A DNA stretch of 32,000 bases from Nitrosomonas europaea. Its GTDB lineage: Bacteria > Pseudomonadota > Gammaproteobacteria > Burkholderiales > Nitrosomonadaceae. Below the pieces are notes generated by a model. That model did no database searches. It saw only the letters and a program-made list of their open reading frames with translations, and had not been told where the DNA came from. The DNA is taken from the NCBI RefSeq assembly GCF_900167395.1, contig NZ_FUWK01000031.1:3594-35593 (forward strand), in the 5' to 3' direction. Every line of letters begins with the position of its first letter. Position 1 is the stretch's first letter. A program made the translations under genes and the position numbers. Shown here piece after piece: positions 7,910 through 14,826 of the stretch.

Positions 7910-10003
7910 TCAGAACTGGTATGAAACGGCCAGTTTGTAGTTGCGTCCCGGATCTCTTAGCACGTTAAGGTGGCGCCGGTAATCTTTATCGGTCAGATTG
8001 TCGATTCCGAAATCCAGCCGTACACCTTTTAATGAGCCATTCTGCGGCAGCCAGGTCAGTGTCAGGTCATGCAATGTATAGCCAGGTGTAGGCGTTCCAC
8101 CGGTTGGCACACGATTCTGTGCTTCGATGATGCTGCTGCGCCAGCCGAGGGAAAGGTCGTAGGTCGGCCAGTTCAGACCGGCCATTACAATCCATCTATC
8201 CGGCTGGACATTGGACAATACTCCTCCATCCGTCCGGTTGTAGCCGCGCGTCTGGGAATAGGAGAAGCCGGTATAGCCGTATTTGGCTGCATAGTTTGCC
8301 TCTATTTCGAATCCTTCCAGTACGGCATCACGCACATTGTCACTGGTCGTGACGCCTCCTCTGCCAGGGTTACCGGGGACCGGGAAGAACACGAAGTCGA
8401 CCATCAGGTCGACGAAATCTTTGACCTTGTTATGAAAATAGGCTCCCCGGATAGCCAGGCGATCATCCTCATACAGCAGATCAGATTTCTGTATGCGTGC
8501 TCCCACCTCTTTGTTGAATGCTGTTTCCGGTTTGAGATTGGGGTTGGGTACGAACAGATTGGCACAGCCCGGGCCGCAGGTGAAATGGGTCCCGGTGGTA
8601 AACAGTTCACCCAGTGTCGGAGCACGGAATGCTTCACTGTAATTGCCGATGAGTGAAAACCATTCGGTAACCTTGAACAATCCGCCGATTTTGAAGTTGA
8701 CGCGGTCATTTTTATTGGCGCTGGTAGCCATGCCTTCGGCTTCACTGCGGAAATAGTCCCAGCGTACACCGGGAATCAGCGACAACCGATCCCACAACGT
8801 AATTTCATCCTGCAGGAACACACCTACTACATCTGCGTTACCCCGGGGGAATTCCGGTCGTATGGCACCGTTACGTTTTCCTTTGGCTTCATTGTGAAAA
8901 TAATCGACCCCGTAGGTAATCAATTGGGTGGCGAAGCTGCTCAGATCGAGACGTGAGCTGTTACGCGCATTGATACCCGTGGTGGAAAAATCGGTCTCGT
9001 CACGTCTCCGGTCAAGCAGTCGTTTCTCAAGGCTGTGAGTCGTGTTGTGATAAACCAGCACTTCCGGGTTCAACCAGGTATTGTCAGGATTCTCGTAGCG
9101 ATAGCGCAATGTGTAATTGCGTTGTTCGGTGTCCCGATCTACCAGGGTATCCGGGGTGGAAGCCGTTTGTGAATTGGCAGGGACTTTGCCAGTCTGATCA
9201 AAGGTCTGCGTGGAAAATGTGAAGCGATGATCGCCCGGTGTCCAGTTGAATTTGGCCAGACCGGCATAGGATTGAAACTGAGAGTTTTGCAGTTTGGAAC
9301 CATCACCATGGCGGATATCATCGGCCGCATTGCGGTAAGAGAAATCCAGCAGATAGTCGAACTCTTCTCCAACCAGACCGTAAATGCTGGTTCCGGGGAT
9401 ATATTGCTCATTCATACTCTGGAATCCTCCCCTGACCTTGATCCCGGAGCGTTCACCCGGGCGCAGAAGATCGGTTGCATCCAGCGTGGTGAAGGAAATG
9501 ACACCACCGAGGGCACCACTTCCCCAGATTGCAGAAGCCGGGCCGCGCATGACATCTACTCGCTTGAGCAGGCTCGGGTCAGTGAAAATACGGGCATTAT
9601 GCCCCCGGTTGAAATCCTGTCTGGCTCCATCCAGCAGGAACAGAATGCGATCATCGGCCATGCCGCGTATCGTCGGGCTGATGCCCAGGTTGCGTGGCCC
9701 TCCGCCCAGATCGATATTGGGCAGATAACGCAGCACATCACCGATATCGGCTGCCTGTCGGGTTCGTATCTGTTCGGTATCGACTACACTGACTGATTCC
9801 GGTATTTCACTGACCTTCCGGCTGGTACGGGTAGCGGTAACGGTGACTTCCTGCAGATTGGTAGCGGTAATGAGTTTGCCGGCAGGCTCAGTATCGGCCG
9901 ATGCAGTTTCTGCATGAGCAGGATGGATAAACAGCGAAAAAGTAACGGTGGTGGCAAGATAAACCTTCCAGCCAGCCGAACGACATTTGAACCTTGAAAA
10001 CAT
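7910..10003 (-). CDS. TonB-dependent outer-membrane receptor, heme/hemoglobin receptor type
   Basis: Signal peptide ending in AHA, TonB-box-like EVTVTATR, a plug domain and a C-terminal YKLAVSYQF. The FRAP and NPNL boxes diagnostic of heme receptors are present with an intervening His (AFRAPTLGELFTTGTHFTCGPGCANLFVPNPNLKPE, roughly 8526-8634). Confidence 0.9.
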   Translation of the reverse strand: MFSRFKCRSAGWKVYLATTVTFSLFIHPAHAETASADTEPAGKLITATNLQEVTVTATRTSRKVSEIPESVSVVDTEQIRTRQAADIGDVLRYLPNIDLGGGPRNLGISPTIRGMADDRILFLLDGARQDFNRGHNARIFTDPSLLKRVDVMRGPASAIWGSGALGGVISFTTLDATDLLRPGERSGIKVRGGFQSMNEQYIPGTSIYGLVGEEFDYLLDFSYRNAADDIRHGDGSKLQNSQFQSYAGLAKFNWTPGDHRFTFSTQTFDQTGKVPANSQTASTPDTLVDRDTEQRNYTLRYRYENPDNTWLNPEVLVYHNTTHSLEKRLLDRRRDETDFSTTGINARNSSRLDLSSFATQLITYGVDYFHNEAKGKRNGAIRPEFPRGNADVVGVFLQDEITLWDRLSLIPGVRWDYFRSEAEGMATSANKNDRVNFKIGGLFKVTEWFSLIGNYSEAFRAPTLGELFTTGTHFTCGPGCANLFVPNPNLKPETAFNKEVGARIQKSDLLYEDDRLAIRGAYFHNKVKDFVDLMVDFVFFPVPGNPGRGGVTTSDNVRDAVLEGFEIEANYAAKYGYTGFSYSQTRGYNRTDGGVLSNVQPDRWIVMAGLNWPTYDLSLGWRSSIIEAQNRVPTGGTPTPGYTLHDLTLTWLPQNGSLKGVRLDFGIDNLTDKDYRRHLNVLRDPGRNYKLAVSYQF

Positions 10004-10135
10004 AACATTCCCCCAGAAAATAAATTATTTCCGGCTGACTGGCTCAATGCTGGCTGGCTGGTTAGAACAGGTCTTCAAATCAACCTGAATTTTTATTAGA
10101 TTCGGGTAATGGCAACAAGCAGCCATTACAGATAC

Positions 10136-11857
10136 TTAACGACCAAGTGCCTCTTTGTGCAGATTGATCCCCTGACGAATTTGTTCATCTACCCATTGAG
10201 TAAATAAGGGGTGGGGGGCAAAACCCTCACCCAGTTCGAATTCCAGTCCGGCAAGGAACCGCTTTTCCGGCCCGACGGAAGTGGTACGGGTAGGGATGAC
10301 GATCACCCTGTCACCTTGCTTGCTGGCTTCGGTGACCATGGCTCTTACTTTTTTGACCCAGGGTGCCCGTTTGTCCGGCCAATCCTCACGCCAGGTGGCA
10401 ACTTTGAATGCCTTGAATTTCTGGCCTCCCTGATCATGCATCTGGCTGGCAATGCTGTTGAGTTTCTCCAGCCATTCATCATTTTTCCGATCATCCTGAG
10501 TGCCGTGTGCGGTCAGAATCACTGTTTCTCTGGCCGGATCTTTGGAGAGTGCCAGTACGCGATCGAACAATGCACTGGCAAACAGGGGGTTGTCTTCGTA
10601 GCCGCCTGTCCAGATAACCGGCAGAGACGTCAGGATTCTGGGAACCGGTGTGCTGGATTTTGCATGTCCCCCATGCCCTCCATGGCTGCCGTGTCCACTG
10701 TTGTTGTCATGTATGTGGTCGTCCTGATTTTCGATATCCAGACCGGCCAGATAACCGATTTCATTGCGATAGGAGCTGCGGCTGGCAAAGGCGCTGACAA
10801 CAATGGCTGCTTTTGCGCCGCGCTGTTCCAGTTTGTGCAGGGCACGTTCGATCGTGTATGGATCCGCCATGGAAAAGGCAAATTCGATTTTGTAGCGTTT
10901 CATCAATGGCTCTACCGCTACGCGCAGATTTTCATTCCAGTGAAAGTCGGAGCCATGAGCAAACAGGATGACACCGGTATCTTCTTCGGCCAGAGGCAGA
11001 TTGCGGCTGGCTTCGCGCTCCATCCACATGGCCAGATGCTGTGGTTCGATCTCGAAGTGATTGAGTGCTGCGTTTTCAGGCAACAGCCGTTCCAGCCGTG
11101 ATTCGAGTGACATCATGCTGTCGTATTTGGGGCCGAGGGCGAATGCAATCACCTGATTTTTATTGTTTTTGGTAGCCGTGCCCAAAGATGACAATGCAGT
11201 GGCAAGCTGCTGTTTTGTCTTGTTGCCATAACTTTCCGGTTCTTCGTCTTTTTGTGCTTCCAGAAGAATCAGAGAGTTGATCGAACGAAAACTGACTCCC
11301 TGTGATGCCTGTTTGACAATGCGCATCCAGTCGTCATACATCGCCCGTCGGTGAGTATCGTTCTGTGCCCCGTAACCCACTACCAGCAGATGTTGCTGAG
11401 CGGTATGCTGCATGCCGCGCAAGCGGGTGGCGAGTGCCTCGACAGCGAAATAGCTTTCTCCGTAAGGTTTCGTGAAAGTCACAGGGATCGTCTGGTTTTC
11501 TTCCGTGACCAGTGTGCGGATGAGCTGATAGCGCGGTTCTGCAGCAGAAATGAATAGTGGCAGTACGACGATACGGCCTATATTCTGCTGGTGCAGGCTG
11601 GCGAGACCGGATTGCAGCGTTTGCCGGGTGCGCTCGTCAGTAACAAAGACCAGTGCAGCCGGGTGATTGGCTGAGAACGATGCAAAAGCATCACGGATTT
11701 CTTCATTACCGACAAATCCCCGGTCAGCTGCAACTATCAGGAAACCGGTCTGATCGGCCGGTTTCAGTTCGGCCGCGTGCGCCGATCCTGCAAGCAGAGC
11801 GAACATCAATAAATAAAACCATGCAGCGGTTTGGATTGTTTTAATCCAGAAAAGCAT
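10136..11857 (-). CDS. Secreted protein with four CbiX/SirB-like (class II chelatase fold) modules and a His-rich linker
   Basis: Start is the ATG at 11857 after GGAGGA. Signal peptide MLFWIKTIQTAAWFYLLMFALLAGSAHA. The two C-terminal modules keep the chelatase HG(S/T) motif (VILFAHGSDFHW; VILTAHGTQDDR) and a CbiX-like tail (GEGFAPHPLFTQWVDEQI). The two N-terminal modules are degenerate (IVAADRGF; LVVGYGAQND). The linker is DDHIHDNNSGHGSHGGHGGH (10664-10717). Confidence 0.75.
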   Translation of the reverse strand: MLFWIKTIQTAAWFYLLMFALLAGSAHAAELKPADQTGFLIVAADRGFVGNEEIRDAFASFSANHPAALVFVTDERTRQTLQSGLASLHQQNIGRIVVLPLFISAAEPRYQLIRTLVTEENQTIPVTFTKPYGESYFAVEALATRLRGMQHTAQQHLLVVGYGAQNDTHRRAMYDDWMRIVKQASQGVSFRSINSLILLEAQKDEEPESYGNKTKQQLATALSSLGTATKNNKNQVIAFALGPKYDSMMSLESRLERLLPENAALNHFEIEPQHLAMWMEREASRNLPLAEEDTGVILFAHGSDFHWNENLRVAVEPLMKRYKIEFAFSMADPYTIERALHKLEQRGAKAAIVVSAFASRSSYRNEIGYLAGLDIENQDDHIHDNNSGHGSHGGHGGHAKSSTPVPRILTSLPVIWTGGYEDNPLFASALFDRVLALSKDPARETVILTAHGTQDDRKNDEWLEKLNSIASQMHDQGGQKFKAFKVATWREDWPDKRAPWVKKVRAMVTEASKQGDRVIVIPTRTTSVGPEKRFLAGLEFELGEGFAPHPLFTQWVDEQIRQGINLHKEALGR

Positions 11858-11936
11858 ATTTCCTCCGGGTTGTGAATCGTAAAATGTATTGATGGATAAG
11901 GGTTCGTCTGTCATGCAGGCAGACTGCGCCGTAGTG

Positions 11937-13256
11937 TTATGTCGTGGTTTCAACTGTATCGACGGGAGAACTGTTGATACTGGCCTGGCCTGATGTGATT
12001 TTTGTCAGTGCTGCTGCAAAGCTGGAAACACCGGTACCCTTGAACAGCAGGCAGGGTTTATGCCCCAGCCGGCAAAGCCTTTTGACCTGATAGTAAGCGG
12101 CGTGACTGACGTAATCAGTCGGGCAGATCACTGCTGCAGCGCCATAGATCATTTCCGGCAAGCGCGAAAGTGCATCTTCCTGGCCGCCATCATGGTGTGA
12201 TAATTTGAGGCCAAGCTGTCTGGCAAGTGTGCGGTATTGCGGCAGCAGCGTGGACCGGCCGCCTACGCACAGAATGCACTCGTAAGCAGCCATTTTCGTT
12301 TCGGTTGTATCCGCTGTTTCTGTATCTGTGGTGCTGCCAGAATTGAGGGTCAGCAGCAGATTTTCCAGTGTATCCCGCTCGACGCGAAGGGTATCGCGTT
12401 CGTGATAGAGCTCGGTCAGGTTGTGGCAGGCATTTTTGAGTGATTGCTTGAGATCATCGGCCTGTGCTGCTTTGATCTGCAGCTGCTCGTTTTCCACCGT
12501 TAGTTGCATCAGGCGCTGACCCATTCGCAGTATGGCCTGGCCTGATTCCAGTGTTTCCAGCCGTTGGCGGGTGGTCTCGCTTTCTCGCCGGGATTGCTGC
12601 AACTGCTTGATTTCAGCCGCGGCCTGTTGCAGTTGCTGGCGCAGGCGCGATTCGGTCTGTACGTGCTTCTCTCTGATCTGTTCCAGTTGCCCGGCCAGTT
12701 CCTTCAGCATTTGTTCTGCCTGGTTGAGCCGGTGCTGCGTGGCTGACAGCTCGGCAACCGCTTCATGCATGTGCATGTGAACCCTGTCATGGATCTGCTC
12801 TCTGCCTTCGGAGCTGATCCGTTTGTGGGTGAGTGCTGCCCATAATGGACCGGCTATTCTTTCGTTGGTAAAACAGGTTTCCCAAAGCGCCAGCACCTCG
12901 CTGTCGGTTTTGGCGGCGTCGAACTGTTTAATGTGGCTTTCGTACAATCTGTCCAGATATTTATGAATCGTTTCCGATACGACGTTTCTGGAGGTTACGC
13001 GGCAGACTGCTTCAACGTGCAGATCGTGCGCATTGTTTATCGAAGCTTTGAAATGAAAGCGTTTGGCAAAACGCTCGAGATCCGAGGCGGGCAGACAAAG
13101 GCCGATGACAGGACAGTGATAGGTTCTGCTCAGTTCCCAGATTTTTGAACGCTTCACCGGGGGAGAAGGGGAATCGGTTACCATAATCTCGGGCGATCCA
13201 TCTCCTGCTAATAAAGCATCGATTCCCGACTGTCGCAGAATGGCAGGTGCATGCAT
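11937..13256 (-). CDS. DUF2325 domain protein with a long central coiled coil (uncharacterised)
   Basis: Start is the ATG at 13256 after GAGGAGA. The Gln/Leu/Glu-rich region of roughly 160 aa (from about LSATQHRLNQAEQMLKELAGQLEQIREKH... to ...ERDTLENLLLTL) looks like heptad repeats. The C-terminus ILCVGGRSTLLPQYRTLARQLGLKLSHHDGG...AVICPTDYVSHAAYYQVKRLCRLGHKPCLLFKGTGVSSF is a DUF2325-like domain. Confidence 0.75.
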   Translation of the reverse strand: MHAPAILRQSGIDALLAGDGSPEIMVTDSPSPPVKRSKIWELSRTYHCPVIGLCLPASDLERFAKRFHFKASINNAHDLHVEAVCRVTSRNVVSETIHKYLDRLYESHIKQFDAAKTDSEVLALWETCFTNERIAGPLWAALTHKRISSEGREQIHDRVHMHMHEAVAELSATQHRLNQAEQMLKELAGQLEQIREKHVQTESRLRQQLQQAAAEIKQLQQSRRESETTRQRLETLESGQAILRMGQRLMQLTVENEQLQIKAAQADDLKQSLKNACHNLTELYHERDTLRVERDTLENLLLTLNSGSTTDTETADTTETKMAAYECILCVGGRSTLLPQYRTLARQLGLKLSHHDGGQEDALSRLPEMIYGAAAVICPTDYVSHAAYYQVKRLCRLGHKPCLLFKGTGVSSFAAALTKITSGQASINSSPVDTVETTT

Positions 13257-13322
13257 ACGGTATCTCCTCGTGGTGAAAATATCAGTCTGGATCAGACAGA
13301 ATGGATTGCATTTAATACTAAT

Positions 13323-13341
13323 AATAACAATTATCATTAAC
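13323..13341. promoter_or_regulatory. Candidate Fur box upstream of the DUF2325/CbiX-like/heme-receptor gene string
   Basis: AATAACAATTATCATTAAC matches the Fur consensus at 14 of 19 positions. It lies 67 bp upstream of the 13256 start in an AT-rich stretch. Confidence 0.5.
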
Positions 13342-13411
13342 GTAATCAATTGTGTTGTGTATTGCAGCCGATTCTGCATGAATCATGTGGAGCTTCATTT
13401 GTACGGCGAGG

Positions 13412-13457
13412 TGCGACAATTTGTCGCATTTCCATCCTTTTTGGAATCGGTTATTCT
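13412..13457 (+). promoter_or_regulatory. 17-bp palindromic operator plus predicted sigma70 promoter (site A)
   Basis: TGCGACAATTTGTCGCA (13412-13428) is a perfect palindrome. It is followed directly by TTTCCA (-35-like), a 17-nt spacer and TATTCT (-10-like, 13452-13457). The downstream gene starts at 13477. Confidence 0.6.
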
Positions 13458-13476
13458 CCGAATTTTTGCGTGAACC

Positions 13477-14718
13477 ATGAAGAAGTCGACCTATTCTTTC
13501 CCCACGCTGGCCGGATTCTTTCTCACACTCGCTTCTGTGGTTGCAATCGCAGCCGGGCCAGGTACCGGCGACCCAACTCAGCAACCGTCTGTCATGCAAG
13601 CCTCAAAGTCCCCAAAGACCGCACTTGCGGTGGGAGTAACACTGGATCAGGAAGGGCAGTTGTGGCTGGCAAAAGTGATTGATCAGCGCTTGCTGGTTTC
13701 CAGATCAGAAGACGATGGCAAGCATTTTTCCGAATCAGTGACGGTTACTCCTGTGCCGGAAAACATAGGCAATGATGGCGAAAATCGTCCCAAGATCCAG
13801 GTGGCACGTGATGGCACCGTGCTGGTCACCTGGACGGAGCTGCTGGCGGAAAAATATGCCGGAAATATAAAGTTCTCGCGTTCGACCGATTCAGGTCGGA
13901 CGTTCTCAGAGCCAATCGTTCTGAACGATGATGGCCGTGTGACCAGTCACCGCTTCGATTCCCTGGCAATCGACGGAAAAGGAAGGGTGGTGGTGGCCTG
14001 GCTGGATGCCAGAGATCGTGATGCAGCGAGGGAAAAAGGGGAGGAGTTCAAGGGGGTCTCACTCTACAGCAGTCAGTCGTTCGACAATGGCGCGCACTTT
14101 GAGCCAAACCGGCAAATTCATCAGCATACCTGCGAATGCTGCCGGACTGCGCTTACCTGGACCAGCGAGGGGCCGGTCGTGCTGCTGCGAAATATTTTCG
14201 GCACCAATACCCGTGATTTTGCCGTGGCCAGCCTGGATAAAGTGGAAGAAGGTGTCAGAAGAGTCACCCGCGATGAGTGGCAGATCGACGCCTGCCCGCA
14301 CAACGGTGGCAGTCTTGCGACAGATGGCAGGGGGCAATTGCATCTGACCTGGTTCACCAGCGGCACCGCTGCACAGGGGCAGTTCTATAAACGGATCAGC
14401 GGCAACCAGGAATCGGAACCCATGGCGCTGGGTGATATGGATGCGCAGCCCAACCATGCTGCAGTGGTGGCGCATGGTGAAACCGTCATCCTCACCTGGC
14501 GCGAATTTGACGGAAACGTGTATTCCGCAAAGATGATGTTTTCGAATGACGGTGGCGAAACCTGGAGTGAGCCATGGCGCCTGATGTTGTCTGCCGGCGC
14601 AAACGATTACCCGGTACCACTCATCAGTGACAGTAAAGCTCTGGTTGTATGGAATACCGAAAATGAGGGTTTGCGGGTTTTGTCCGTTGAAAGAGTCATC
14701 AACCGATCCGACGGCTGA
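13477..14718 (+). CDS. Secreted BNR/Asp-box repeat beta-propeller protein (sialidase-fold-like) with a conserved Cys cluster
   Basis: N-terminal signal peptide. Four Asp-box-like repeats: SRSEDDGKHFS, SRSTDSGRTFS, SQSFDNGAHFE and SNDGGETWS. Motifs HTCECCR (14131-14142) and ACPHNGG (14293-14301). Paralogous to 24553..25791. Confidence 0.8.
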   Translation: MKKSTYSFPTLAGFFLTLASVVAIAAGPGTGDPTQQPSVMQASKSPKTALAVGVTLDQEGQLWLAKVIDQRLLVSRSEDDGKHFSESVTVTPVPENIGNDGENRPKIQVARDGTVLVTWTELLAEKYAGNIKFSRSTDSGRTFSEPIVLNDDGRVTSHRFDSLAIDGKGRVVVAWLDARDRDAAREKGEEFKGVSLYSSQSFDNGAHFEPNRQIHQHTCECCRTALTWTSEGPVVLLRNIFGTNTRDFAVASLDKVEEGVRRVTRDEWQIDACPHNGGSLATDGRGQLHLTWFTSGTAAQGQFYKRISGNQESEPMALGDMDAQPNHAAVVAHGETVILTWREFDGNVYSAKMMFSNDGGETWSEPWRLMLSAGANDYPVPLISDSKALVVWNTENEGLRVLSVERVINRSDG

Positions 14719-14826
14719 GAATCTTTAAAACAATAATAAGCAGCAGGCGGCTTATGACATGGATCGCAATGGCATCAGGCGCTGCTGCAAATACTAATTA
14801 CCAATAAAAATCGAAAGGATCAGACC

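Noticed and set aside
10018-10034. AT-rich near-palindrome GGAAATAATTTATTTTC just upstream of the heme receptor start, considered as a Fur box
   Set aside because: It matches the 19-bp Fur consensus poorly and sits on the RBS region. The receptor may instead be transcribed from the Fur-like promoter at 13323, or its own promoter is one I cannot define.
10211-11101. 296-aa ORF antisense to the CbiX-like gene
   Set aside because: It is a shadow ORF. The opposite frame has a signal peptide, an RBS and repeated chelatase-like motifs.
11858-11953. N-terminal extensions suggested by the ORF track (also 13257..13379, 31461..31583, 3647..3697, 4543..4761, 6596..6652)
   Set aside because: In each case an internal ATG with a good Shine-Dalgarno sequence begins a sensible N-terminus, such as a signal peptide or a family-typical start. 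The upstream codons lie in promoter, repeat or neighbouring-gene sequence.
13412-13428. Identification of the 17-bp palindrome as a CusR/CopR copper box
   Set aside because: The half-sites GACAA/TTGTC resemble my memory of the E. coli CusR box (TGACAA-NN-TTGTCA). However, the spacing differs (1 nt here versus 2 nt) and the flanking bases are GC-rich rather than AT-rich. The resemblance is noted, but the assignment is not supported.
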